A stretch of DNA of 49,675 nucleotides from PVC group bacterium (GCA_043804695.1 JAZDIV010000151.1:1-49675), one strand, 5' to 3'; counted from the stretch's first letter, positions 19,234 through 29,307 are shown. Notes: a model not told the origin generated them from the letters alone. A program made the numbers and translations.

Positions 19234-19812
19234 ATGAAGAAGAAATACTGGATATTAGGCGCTTTCATCCTGTTGGCGGTTGTACAGATCGCCGTCTCCG
19301 CTGCCCGGATTGTGAAGTGGGAGGACGTCCTCCGGACGGGGACGCTGTTGCGGTTCCGGACCGAGCCGGTCGATCCCTCCGACGCCTTCCGCGGCCGGTA
19401 CGTGGCCCTCGAATTCGAGCAGAGCACCGTCCCTCTCGAACTCGGCCCGGATCTCAAAAGAGGGGAGGAGGTCTATGCCCGACTCGGGGAAGACGAAGAG
19501 GGATTTGCCCGGATCGGCAAGCTGGTAAAAGAGAGACCGACTGAGGGGAACTACCTCAAGGTCGACGTATTGTATGGTAGTACCCGCGACAACAAAATCC
19601 ATCTCCAGTTTCCGTTCCACCGCTTCTACCTGGAAGAGGAGATTGCGCCGGCTGCCGAGAAGGCTTACAGGGCCCGGAGCAGCCGGGACAAGCGCGACGC
19701 CTATGTAACCGTCCGCATCAAGAACGGCTACGGGGTCTTGGAGGAACTATTCGTGGGAGGGAAACCGATTATGGAATTCCTCCGGGATGAAAAGGGGGCA
19801 GGGGATGGTTAG
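19234..19812 (+). CDS. GDYXXLXY-domain membrane-anchored protein
   Basis: TEPVDPSDAFRGRYVALEF, RFYLEE; usual partner of DUF2157. Confidence 0.85.
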   Translation: MKKKYWILGAFILLAVVQIAVSAARIVKWEDVLRTGTLLRFRTEPVDPSDAFRGRYVALEFEQSTVPLELGPDLKRGEEVYARLGEDEEGFARIGKLVKERPTEGNYLKVDVLYGSTRDNKIHLQFPFHRFYLEEEIAPAAEKAYRARSSRDKRDAYVTVRIKNGYGVLEELFVGGKPIMEFLRDEKGAGDG

Positions 19813-20045
19813 CCCCCGGAATTGGGTTAAGGTATAAAGCGCGAATCATCATTTCGCCATTGAAAATATGAACTAATGAGTAGACGTGACCCCTATGATC
19901 TGATCTCGCAAAGGAGTTAATCAAATCCCTGAACGCCTCAATGGGAAGTGGTGTCTTAGACACCACTTTGGCGGAATGCCGTAAGAAGCAATAACTTACA
20001 ACCACCCCGCGCCCAAAATCAGCGAAAACTCATGGACAAACCGCC

Positions 20046-20771
20046 GTGATGAAACAATTGATAGTCTTAGTAATTACAGCCGGAGTCATTCTTTCTTTTC
20101 CTGTGCTAACAAAAGGAAATGGTGGCGCAGAGATTATATCAAAAAGCGAGGAACTCTTGGATCTGGGGCAAGTCGAAGAAACTCGGGCGTTGCTTGAGAA
20201 AGGGATAAATCCGAGAAGGCATGCAAGCAAGCTATCGAACTGAACCAAGATAATCTTGATGCCTGGAGGTCATTAGGGCTCACATATTGTGCTTTCAGGA
20301 ATGAAAATAAAAAGGGAGAGGAAGTCTTTAAGAAGATGATAGAGCTTTTCCCAGACAAGGCGGATGGTTATCTGCGGCTGGGGCGTTCTCTATGGCAAGC
20401 TGGATAAGCCAACTGAAGCGTTGCCTATGTATCTCGAAGCAGTTGATGTAGAACCGGAAAACCTCTATGTAATTTATTTATTATTCAGTTTTTTCAATAA
20501 CCAAGAGTGGAAAAAAGCGAGGGATGCAATAGCTCGTCTGGGATTAAAGGCAAAACCGGACGGCACTCTTGATATGCAAGAATGTTATTATAAAGGAGAA
20601 TATTATAAGCAGCTGGAGATGTTGGATAACGCCGAAAAGCTTTATCAAATGGCTTTAGAAAAATATCTTCGAAAAGATTCATATCGTGAATCGATAGAGT
20701 ATGAACTGAATTCTTTGCAATGGGAAAAAAAGCTTAATGAAATAAGAAGAGAGCGCTTAGCTGTTAGCTGA
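20046..20771 (+). pseudogene. Secreted TPR protein broken by two frameshifts (~20203 and ~20380)
   Basis: Signal-peptide ORF 20046-20243; middle frame reads KACKQAIELNQDNLDAWRSLG...FKKMIELFPDKADGYLRLG; third frame GVLYGKLDKPTEALPMYLEAVDVEPEN; AT-rich. Confidence 0.7.
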
Positions 20772-21218
20772 ATTTGAAGAGCAGACCGATTCTATGCCAG
20801 AAAATCCATCATCAAAACATAGACGCGAAATCTTGGCCCATGAACGGGAAGAAATATTAAAGATCTGGAATGATTGGAAAAAGAAACAGAATATTTAGAA
20901 CATTTCATTCTCCTGTTGCGTGTACTCCATCAATCATAAATAAGGCAGGGGACTATTTGGGTTTGTGCATGGTTCCCGGTGGCTTAAGGAATGGCAATAG
21001 TGTTTCTGTAGAGGTTTTCAGGTTGTCCTGAATACCGGAGGTTGATTTGAACGGCTGGGAACGATCCCATGGTAGGCAATCTCCCATCTCCGCCAACTAC
21101 ATCCGTGTCCGGAGCATCACGAGAAGGCGATCAAGAAGCGCGCCAAATTTATGCCGACCCCCGGCCTTCTGGTCAGAATTATTATCTGTCCGATCGGGGG
21201 GACTTGGTAGTTGATCTG

Positions 21219-21289
21219 TAGAATTTAGGGTTTGACCCTCATTTTACTGATTTTTACAACTTAGAATTTAGGGTTTGACCCTCATTTTA
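21219..21289 (+). repeat. Tandem 28-bp direct repeat TAGAATTTAGGGTTTGACCCTCATTTTA x2 (15-bp spacer)
   Basis: Exact copies at 21219-21246 and 21262-21289; core AGGGTTTGACC also at ~2688-2698. Confidence 0.9.
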
Positions 21290-21305
21290 AGTAAGGAGGT
21301 TTTAC

Positions 21306-22142
21306 ATGAGAAATGGATTGTGGCGGACAGGGATAGTCGCGGGTGCGCTGCTCACCCTGGCAACAGCAGCCGGAAGCGAACAATCGGCGGCGGGTGAGAA
21401 AAAAACCCGGGTCGAAGTCCGGGGACTCCGGATAGCGGGAAAGGGCTACGGCGACGACCAGATGATGCGCCCCTTCAACTGGAGCTACGGGACCGTGCTC
21501 GCCCTGCTCCTGATATCGGACGAGGGGGGGGTCATCGCCTTTGACGAAGACAAGAGCGTCGTCTTGAAATGCCGGGACGACCGGGGAACCAACCTCCTGG
21601 AGGAGGTGAAGGAAGAAGGGTTCGCTCAAAAAGCCGGCTTCGGCGGTTTCCCCGACATCAGCCCCGACGGCAAAGCCTGCCTTCTCGAGCTGAGGCTGCA
21701 GAGGAACGCCGCCCCGGGAGCGACCGTCATCGAAGCGGCAGGCATTCTGGTGGTGACTTTTGCCACCGAGAAGGAAACGCACCGGCAGACGGTTGCTCTG
21801 AAAAACGGTGAGATTGTTTCCGCCGGCCCGATCACGTTTCAGATCACCAAAATCGGCAAGCCCGAGTATTCCACGAACGAAGGCGACGGGCTTTCGTTCG
21901 CCTTGGAAGCGAAACAGGACCTGGGCTCGGTGGCGGAGATCACGTTCTTCGACAGCGAAGGACAAGAGATCGAATCCTCGTCCCAGGGGCAAAGCCGATG
22001 GGGGATAATGGGCGGTATCACGGAGCAGTGGGCGTATAATCTGAAGAGGAAAGTGGAGAACGTCACCATAGCCGTGACCCGCTGGACCGATATGGCTGAA
22101 ACCCGGATTCCATTTTCCGTCAAGGTCACACTCGGCCTTTAA
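21306..22142 (+). CDS. Secreted hypothetical protein
   Basis: AAGGAGG RBS, signal peptide, 278-aa beta-rich ORF. Confidence 0.7.
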   Translation: MRNGLWRTGIVAGALLTLATAAGSEQSAAGEKKTRVEVRGLRIAGKGYGDDQMMRPFNWSYGTVLALLLISDEGGVIAFDEDKSVVLKCRDDRGTNLLEEVKEEGFAQKAGFGGFPDISPDGKACLLELRLQRNAAPGATVIEAAGILVVTFATEKETHRQTVALKNGEIVSAGPITFQITKIGKPEYSTNEGDGLSFALEAKQDLGSVAEITFFDSEGQEIESSSQGQSRWGIMGGITEQWAYNLKRKVENVTIAVTRWTDMAETRIPFSVKVTLGL

Positions 22143-22186
22143 TACGAGTGGGAGATGGTGTTAAATAGTTAAAGGGAGGTTAACGC

Positions 22187-22825
22187 ATGAAGGAAAAGCA
22201 TTATGTTGCCGCAGCGCTGGTTTCGTTCTTGATCATGGCCGGAATTAACAGCTCAGGGCAGGGAACAGAAAATCCCACGAACCTGGGGAAGGCGTGCTCC
22301 GGAGCTCCGATCCAATTCACCTGCCAACGCCCCAATACCGAAGAAGATGTGAGCCTGCAGGCAACGTTGCCGGGGGGATGGAAACGTAACCCGGTTTTCG
22401 GCACAGTGGTGTTTGAACCGGGTGACGCGGAAGACTACTTCGAAGCTCCGTCCATGGAAGTGGAGGTTCTTTGCGAAGGCGAGTGCAAAGCGGAAGCCAT
22501 CCCGGGCAATATCTCGTCTTTTATTCAACGTCTGCAGGCTGGCTGGAAGACGCTGGCGACCGGCAATCCGGAAATGGATAAGCTGGGAACCAACGTGGAG
22601 ATTATCAAAGATGAGCAATCAGGAGATACTCGAGTCTTTGAGGTGAAGCTGACCTACCCGGAAGGCGTATCGGCGGCGATGTATCCGCCGCGATACTGGG
22701 TGTATCGATTTATCCATAACCCGGAAGAGCCAAATTTTATCCTGGTTAAGGGGAAGGTGCCCGTAAATCTGGCCGGCCAGTTCCTGTCCGATGTCCGGGC
22801 CGCCTGCCTGAGCGTGAAAAATTAG
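22187..22825 (+). CDS. Secreted hypothetical protein
   Basis: GGGAGG RBS, signal peptide, paired cysteines. Confidence 0.7.
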   Translation: MKEKHYVAAALVSFLIMAGINSSGQGTENPTNLGKACSGAPIQFTCQRPNTEEDVSLQATLPGGWKRNPVFGTVVFEPGDAEDYFEAPSMEVEVLCEGECKAEAIPGNISSFIQRLQAGWKTLATGNPEMDKLGTNVEIIKDEQSGDTRVFEVKLTYPEGVSAAMYPPRYWVYRFIHNPEEPNFILVKGKVPVNLAGQFLSDVRAACLSVKN

Positions 22826-22882
22826 GGAACGGGGACGGTGTTAAACGATTAAGGTGGTTCAGATGAAATTAAGATCGCACGG

Positions 22883-23837
22883 ATGGTCGGTATAATCGGC
22901 ATTCTCTTTTTACTGCTTTTCGGGATAAATAGTGGTTCTCCCGCCGCCACGCAAGTGTATGTCAGTACCGCCACTGGAAGCGATCTTACCGGTGACGGCA
23001 GCATGGAAAATCCCTGGGCATCCATCGGGCACGCAATTGATTCCGTTAGCGGAACCGCGGGCGACCCCTATGAGATTCTGGTGGCGCAGGGGACCTACAA
23101 TGAAAATGAACTCGATCTGGGTGAATACGAATCCATTCTCGGCGGTTACAACCCCGACAACTGGGTACGGGACATTGATGCTTATCCACCGTCATTAATG
23201 GCGGGGATTCCGAGAGCAACGTCATCTGGGGAGAAGACCATTGCACGATCGAGGGGTTGACGCTCCAGAACGCGGAGAGGGGAGTTTTCTGTTACGGTGC
23301 GCGTCGTACAATTACCATCTCGATCCCGATTCTCCCTCGATCGACGCCGGGGAAAACCAGGGCGCCCCGTCGGTTGACCTTGATGGGAGATTGAGGCCCA
23401 ACCCCTCCTCCAGCCAGGTGGATATCGGCTGTTATGAATATTACGCGGCCGGCGCGCCGCCCTGCTGGAAGTATGATTACAACGGCGACGGCACGTCCGA
23501 CATCGGTATTTTTCGGCCCTCTTCCGGGCTCTGGGCGATCCGGGGTGTGACCAGGGTCTACTTCGGTTCCTTCTCCGACCTCCCGACCCCCGGCGATTAC
23601 GACGGGGACGGCACCACCGATATCGGGATATTCAGAAGCAGTACCGGTCTCTGGGCGATCCGGAGCGTGACCCGTGCTTATTTCGGATCTTCCTCTGACA
23701 CCGCGGCCTCCGGGGACTATACCGGGGACGCAAGCGACGGTATCGGGATCTTCCGCGATTCCACCGGCCTCTGGGCGCTCGAGGGCATCTCCCGGATATA
23801 TTTCGGCGGGGTAGGGGATATCCCGGTCTCGAGATAA
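22883..23837 (+). pseudogene. Exported DUF1565/beta-helix-type protein with C-terminal FG-GAP-like repeats, frameshifted (~23187) and internally deleted (~23300)
   Basis: VYVSTATGSDLTGDGSMENPWASIGHAI, VAQGTYNE; shifted frame TVINGG...CTIEGLTLQN; then YHLDPDSPSIDAG...DLDGRLRP...DIGCYEY and 3 repeats ending DIPVSR. Confidence 0.7.
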
Positions 23838-23913
23838 GTGTTTGGAGTAGTTAAATAACTTCTTCCCCTTTCTCTCCCCTATAAATTAGCGCCTTCGGCG
23901 CTGCTTTATACTG

Positions 23914-23940
23914 GCCCCCCGACTGATTCAGTCGGGGGGC
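23914..23940. terminator. Strong hairpin between convergent genes (possible terminator)
   Basis: GCCCCCCGACTGA-T-TCAGTCGGGGGGC perfect inverted repeat; a second small hairpin AGCGCC-TTC-GGCGCT at 23888-23902; no U-tract directly after. Confidence 0.5.
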
Positions 23941-24096
23941 TGCTGGTTAATTAAAATATTTTCACCGAGGCAATACGATAAAATAGACCGATAACCTCAG
24001 CCACTATTTTATCCCATGGAATATAATTTATCAGTCGGCTTCAGATATACCGTTCTTATTTTTCGCAGAAAAAATAAGATTATTGCCCCGATTCAT

Positions 24097-24450
24097 TTAT
24101 TTAAAAATATTGTTATCGGGATCCCGACGGATGTCGGGAAAATTCCGAAGCAGCAAGTTAGCATGTGACGGGAACATCTCCAGAGGCGCCAAAGTACAGC
24201 CGGGAGATGCCGCGCACCGCCCACCGTCCTGAATCATTCCGATGTCCCGGAAGCGTTCCATGTGGTCCTGATAGGCCGCTCCCGCGTCAGTAAAATACCC
24301 CCTGATCGTATGCCGGGCGGAGCTGTTCGGGTTGAACGGGATCACGTACTCCGTGCAGTAGTTCAGCCTTTTCCAGATCGCGTAAAACAGCGTGTCAGCG
24401 CTTTTCCCCCTGGCGTCCAGAGAGGATAGAGGAGCTTTTACCAGAGCCAT
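24097..24450 (-). pseudogene. Degenerate small protein, possibly of phage/mobile origin
   Basis: GAGGTG RBS; N-terminus MALVKAPLSSLDARGK...YAIWKRLNY..YVIPFNPNS resembles small basic proteins I recall from mobile DNA; C-terminal half does not look protein-like. Confidence 0.35.
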
Positions 24451-24698
24451 TGTTTTTCACCTCTTTCGATGTTCGGACATGGTTATCTCTTCACCAATAG
24501 TCATTTTCAAGGGTATCTTGACCATGTCTTCCGTTCTCTGCTTTTGATCTGCCTCCGGCAGGTTGACCAACGGCCTGAACTTCCTCTCCGTCACGATAAA
24601 CGATGGTAGAAAATCACCGCGCGCGGACGGCGCCGGCTTGCCATCTTCGGCCGGATATGCGATACTTATGTACGCTGAAAATCGGGGACAAAAACGCG

Positions 24699-26456
24699 AT
24701 GAAAAAGACAGGGTTCTCATCCATGGCGGTGGTCTCTCTCGGAGGACTGCTTATCCTGGCGCCGTCTGCCTTTCCCCAGGCGGAGGCGGTGGTCATCGAC
24801 CACACCTGCACTGGACTCTCCTCGATCCCGGACGACTGGATCGACCTGGCGAAGAACGATCTCCACATCGCCTACCAGCACACCTCCCACGGCAGCCAGC
24901 TGATCACCGGGATGGACGCCCTGGCGAGTTTTCCCGCCTTCGGCAACAGATACGAGTGGTCGGACGACGGCTCCGCCGGGCTCGACCTGGACGATGAGGG
25001 AATCCCCGGCTGCGGTGACTTGAGCGTTGGAGACTACATCGACGGGAACGGGGTCACCCCCTGGGTGACGGCGACCCGGACCTTGCTCGACAATGAATCG
25101 AACTACCACATCAACGTGGTGGTCTGGTCCTGGTGCAGCATCAACCATCACAACCCGCAGCGCTATCTCGACAACATGGAGATCCTGATCTTGGAGTACG
25201 GTGATGGGGGGACCGCTCCCCGGGCGGCGCAGTATCCGGTGGAGTTCGTCTTCATGACCGGGCACGCGGAAGGGCAGGGGGAGGACCTCTACGACGACCC
25301 CCAGCCGGACGGGACCGGCCACGTCCATTACAACAACCAGCTGATCCGGCAGCACTGCGCGAATTACGGCCGGATCCTCTTCGACTTCGCCGACATCGAG
25401 GCGTATGACCCGGACGGGAATTACTACTGGGACCGGGCCATGCACGACAACCTTGACTACGATAGCGGTAACTGGGCCGCCGATTGGATCAACGACAACA
25501 CCGGCTCGGAGCTCGAGCAACTTACCACCGGCAACGGGGTGGAGGGCTACGACGGCTGCCAGGGCTGCGCCCACTCCGACTCCCCGGCCGAGGCCAACCT
25601 GAACTGCGTGCTCAAGGGAAGGGCGGCCTGGTGGCTCTGGGCGCGCCTGGCCGGCTGGACCGGTTCGCCGGGAGAAGCCACCCCCACCCCGTCCCCCGGG
25701 TCCACCCCGCCTCCTCCCATTACCGGCTCCGGCGACTACAACGGGGACGGCACCGATGACATCGGGATCTTCCGGCCGGGGTCGGGGCTCTGGGCGGTCC
25801 GGGGGATAACCCGGTGTTACTTCGGGGCCCTGGCGGATGTGCCCGTGCCGGGCGACTACGCGGGGGACGGGACGGCGAGCATCGGGATCTTCCGGGCAGC
25901 CTCCGGTCTCTGGTCGATCCGGGGAGTTACCAGGTGCTACTTCGGAGGCGCATCCGATCTTCCCGCCCCGGCTGACTATGACGGCGACGGATGCTGTGAT
26001 GTCGGGATCTTCCGGTCCTCAAACGGTCTCTGGGCGGTCAGGGGAATAAGCCGGATCTATTTCGGGGGTCCCGGCGACCTCCCCGTGCCGGGCGATTACG
26101 ATGGCGACGGAGGCTGCGATATCGGGATCTTCCGGGAAGCCTCCGGCCTCTGGGCGATAAGAAATACCAGCCGGGTCTACTTCGGGGGAAACGGCGACCG
26201 GCCGGTCCCCGGAGATTATGACGGTGACGACATCCGGGAGCCGGGATTATTCCGGCCGACCTCCGGCCTCTGGGCGGTCCGCGGCGTGACCAGGTGTTAT
26301 TTCGGCGCCTCCCCGGACATCCCGGTCCCGGCCGATTTTGACGGGGATGGGACGCCTGATATCGCCATCTTCCGAGAGAATTACGGCCTCTGGGCGGTTA
26401 AGGCTGTGACCCGGGTTTATTTCGGGAACTCGGGGGATATCCCGGTCACCCGCTGA
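24699..26456 (+). CDS. Exported protein: uncharacterised N-terminal (SGNH-like?) domain, PT linker, 6 C-terminal FG-GAP-like repeats
   Basis: Signal peptide; IAYQHTSHGSQL, VVVWSWC, LFDFADIE, CAHS, KGRAAWWLWARLAGW; repeats DYxGDG..DIGIFR..SGLWAVRG.TR.YFG. Confidence 0.8.
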   Translation: MKKTGFSSMAVVSLGGLLILAPSAFPQAEAVVIDHTCTGLSSIPDDWIDLAKNDLHIAYQHTSHGSQLITGMDALASFPAFGNRYEWSDDGSAGLDLDDEGIPGCGDLSVGDYIDGNGVTPWVTATRTLLDNESNYHINVVVWSWCSINHHNPQRYLDNMEILILEYGDGGTAPRAAQYPVEFVFMTGHAEGQGEDLYDDPQPDGTGHVHYNNQLIRQHCANYGRILFDFADIEAYDPDGNYYWDRAMHDNLDYDSGNWAADWINDNTGSELEQLTTGNGVEGYDGCQGCAHSDSPAEANLNCVLKGRAAWWLWARLAGWTGSPGEATPTPSPGSTPPPPITGSGDYNGDGTDDIGIFRPGSGLWAVRGITRCYFGALADVPVPGDYAGDGTASIGIFRAASGLWSIRGVTRCYFGGASDLPAPADYDGDGCCDVGIFRSSNGLWAVRGISRIYFGGPGDLPVPGDYDGDGGCDIGIFREASGLWAIRNTSRVYFGGNGDRPVPGDYDGDDIREPGLFRPTSGLWAVRGVTRCYFGASPDIPVPADFDGDGTPDIAIFRENYGLWAVKAVTRVYFGNSGDIPVTR

Positions 26457-26515
26457 GTGCGGGCCCTGTACTGTCTGCTGATCGCGGTTGGTTGTCCTGA
26501 AAAAATAAGAACGGT

Positions 26516-29284
26516 ATGAAACGCGCCGCCGTTACCTTTGTTATCTCCCTGACTCTGCTTTTTCGGGGCAGCGCCGTCTTCGGCCTGGTCCTGGACGTGC
26601 CGGAAAAGTTCCAGGCCCTGGACCAGTGGTGCTGGGCCGGCGTCTCCGAGGCGATCATGAATTACTACGGTGAGTTCGCCACCCAGTCGGAGATCGCGGA
26701 TTACGGCACCGGGGGCGTCAATACCTGGAATTATCTGTATGGCTCGGACGCTTCGCGGAACGGGATTAACCTGATCCTTGGCCACTGGGGATTCACCAGC
26801 AGCTATGGGGCGTACACGATGGAACTGGCCGACGTCGAGGCGCGGATCGACGGGCGCCAGCCGTTCGTGATCCGGTGGGGCTGGTACACCGGCGGCGGGC
26901 ATTTCCTGGCCGGACGCGGCTACATCGGCAGCAGCATTTACTACATGGACCCTTGGCCCGGCAACGGGTACCAGATCGAGCCCTACGACTGGGTGGTGAA
27001 CAACGGTGTCCACTCCTGGACGCACAGCCTCGAATGCACCAGCGCCCCGCCGACGACCCCGACACCGACACCTACCCTGACGCCTTCGCCCACATCCACG
27101 CCGGCACCGACCGCCACCCCCACACCGACACCCCCGCCGACAGCCAGTCCCACACCGTCAGTCACCCCCACCCCCTCGCGGACACCGACCGCCCCGCCGA
27201 CCCGGACCCCGACGCCGGTCCCGACGGAGACACCGGTTCCGACGGCGACGCCCCCGCCGACGGCCACGCCTCCGCTCCCGATGCTGATTTACTCCGAGAA
27301 CCTCAGCAGCAACCCGGGCTGGACGACCCAGTCCGACTGGGCCTTCGGTGTTCCCACCGGGGGGGGAGGTGCCCTTCCCACCCCTCCCCAATCTGAGGGG
27401 AATCCCGATCCGACTTCGGGCCACACCGGCAGCAACGTCTACGGGTACAACCTGAACGGCAATTACCCCGACCGGATGCCCCATACTTATTACCTGACCA
27501 CCACCGCGATCGACTGCTCCGGGCATGAAAACATCACCCTCTATTTCTGGCGCTGGCTGAACGTGGAGCGCCGGGAGCACGACAAGGCGTACATCCAGGT
27601 TTCCAATAACGGAACCGGCTGGTCCGAGATCTGGAAAAACGATTGGAACCTTCCCAATACCAAGGATTCGAGCTGGACGCGTTACACCTACGCCCTGGCG
27701 GCGGCGGCCAGGCAGCCCAATGTCTTTATCCGGTGGGGGATGGGGCCGACCGACACCATCAACGTTTTCTCCGGCTGGAACATCGACGACATCGAAGTCT
27801 GGGGCGTGCCGATCATCCCGGGAACTCCGACCCCGTCCCCGACCAGAACGCCCGTTCCCACCCCCTCCGCGATCCCGCCCGCCTCGCCGTCCCCGTCCCC
27901 CTTGCCGACCGTGTCCCCGGTGCCCACCGCCACCCCGGCTCCCTCGCGGACACCGGGGCCCTCGCCGATACCGACCGCCACCCCGGGAGAACCGGTCCTC
28001 ATTTACTCCTTCCCCCTCGACAGCGATCCGGGCTGGAGCGTGGAGGCGGAATGGGCCTTCGGCATTCCCACCGGCCAGGGAGGGACCGTCTGGGCTCACC
28101 CGGATCCGACCTCGGGGCATACCGGAGAGAACGTGTACGGCTACAACCTGAACGGCGATTACCCCAATGACCTGGCGAGGGCATACTGGCTCACCACGAC
28201 CGCCATCGACTGCTCCGGCCTGGTCAAGACCCGCCTCAAGTTCTGGCGCTGGCTGAACGTGGAGAGGAGCGAGTACGACCACGCGTTGATCCAGGTCTCG
28301 GCGGACGGGTCGGCCTGGAATACGGCCTGGGAAAACCCGGGCAACCTGTGGACGATCGACTCTTTCTGGGCTCAGGTAGTCTATGACATCTCTGCCGCCG
28401 CTGACGGGCGGGCTACGGTCTTCATCCGGTGGGGGATGGGGCCGACCAATCAGTGGAATATCGCCTCGGGCTGGAACATCGACGATATCGAGATCTGGGG
28501 CGTTCCCTTCGGCCCGACCCCGATCCTATTCCCCACTCCCCACTCCCCATTCCCGATTATCGACTACAACGGTGACGGGACCAGCGACATCGCGATCTTC
28601 CGGGATACTACCGGCCTCTGGGCGGTCCGGGGGGTGACCCGGTGTTACTTCGGGGGGGGCCTTGACGATCCGGTCCCCGGCGATTATAACGGCGACGGGA
28701 CGACCGAGATCGGGATCTTCCGCCCTGCCGCGGGCCTCTGGGCGGTGCGGGGCGTCACCCGGTCCTATTACGGATCGGCATTCGATCTGCCGGTTTCCGG
28801 TGATTATAACGGCGACGGCAACTACGACATCGGGATCTTCCGTGAATCCGCGGGTCTGTGGGCGATCAAAGGCGTGACCCGGGTGTACTTCGGGACATCA
28901 GTAGATACGCCGGTCCCCGGCTACTACGCCGGTAACGGGAGCAGGCAGATCGGTCTCTTCCGGCAGAGTTCAGGGCTCTGGGCGTTGAGAGGAGTATCCC
29001 GGGCTTACTTCGGCGGCGGGGCCGATGAGGTCGTCCCCGGGGACTACAACGGTGACGGGTCCTGGGAAATCGGGATCTTCCGACCGTCCGCGGGTCTGTG
29101 GGCGATCCGGGGCGTGACCCGATCCTACTTTGGGTCCTCCTCCGACGACCCCGTCCCGGCCGACTACCGGGGGGACGGCGTTGACGTCATCGGGGTTTTC
29201 CGCCCCGCTTCCGGCCTCTGGGCGGTGCGGGGGGCGAGCCGGGTGTATTTCGGCACGAGCGGGGACATTCCGGTAACGAGGTAG
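26516..29284 (+). CDS. Exported papain-like (C39-like) cysteine peptidase with Pro/Thr linkers, two duplicated jelly-roll domains and 6 C-terminal FG-GAP-like repeats
   Basis: Q..DQWCWAG (Cys), GGGHFL (His), YYMDP (Asp); duplicated W.FG.PTG...YGYNLNG.Y...FWRWLNVE...GWNIDDIE domain. Confidence 0.8.
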   Translation: MKRAAVTFVISLTLLFRGSAVFGLVLDVPEKFQALDQWCWAGVSEAIMNYYGEFATQSEIADYGTGGVNTWNYLYGSDASRNGINLILGHWGFTSSYGAYTMELADVEARIDGRQPFVIRWGWYTGGGHFLAGRGYIGSSIYYMDPWPGNGYQIEPYDWVVNNGVHSWTHSLECTSAPPTTPTPTPTLTPSPTSTPAPTATPTPTPPPTASPTPSVTPTPSRTPTAPPTRTPTPVPTETPVPTATPPPTATPPLPMLIYSENLSSNPGWTTQSDWAFGVPTGGGGALPTPPQSEGNPDPTSGHTGSNVYGYNLNGNYPDRMPHTYYLTTTAIDCSGHENITLYFWRWLNVERREHDKAYIQVSNNGTGWSEIWKNDWNLPNTKDSSWTRYTYALAAAARQPNVFIRWGMGPTDTINVFSGWNIDDIEVWGVPIIPGTPTPSPTRTPVPTPSAIPPASPSPSPLPTVSPVPTATPAPSRTPGPSPIPTATPGEPVLIYSFPLDSDPGWSVEAEWAFGIPTGQGGTVWAHPDPTSGHTGENVYGYNLNGDYPNDLARAYWLTTTAIDCSGLVKTRLKFWRWLNVERSEYDHALIQVSADGSAWNTAWENPGNLWTIDSFWAQVVYDISAAADGRATVFIRWGMGPTNQWNIASGWNIDDIEIWGVPFGPTPILFPTPHSPFPIIDYNGDGTSDIAIFRDTTGLWAVRGVTRCYFGGGLDDPVPGDYNGDGTTEIGIFRPAAGLWAVRGVTRSYYGSAFDLPVSGDYNGDGNYDIGIFRESAGLWAIKGVTRVYFGTSVDTPVPGYYAGNGSRQIGLFRQSSGLWALRGVSRAYFGGGADEVVPGDYNGDGSWEIGIFRPSAGLWAIRGVTRSYFGSSSDDPVPADYRGDGVDVIGVFRPASGLWAVRGASRVYFGTSGDIPVTR

Positions 29285-29307
29285 AGGAGCTGTAGTATCG
29301 CTCCGCT

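Noticed and set aside
21219..21289. Possible CRISPR array
   Set aside because: Only two repeats, a 15-bp spacer and no cas genes in the window
27040..27990. ACCCCG-type tandem repeats as non-coding VNTRs
   Set aside because: They encode the Pro/Thr linkers of the 922-aa protein
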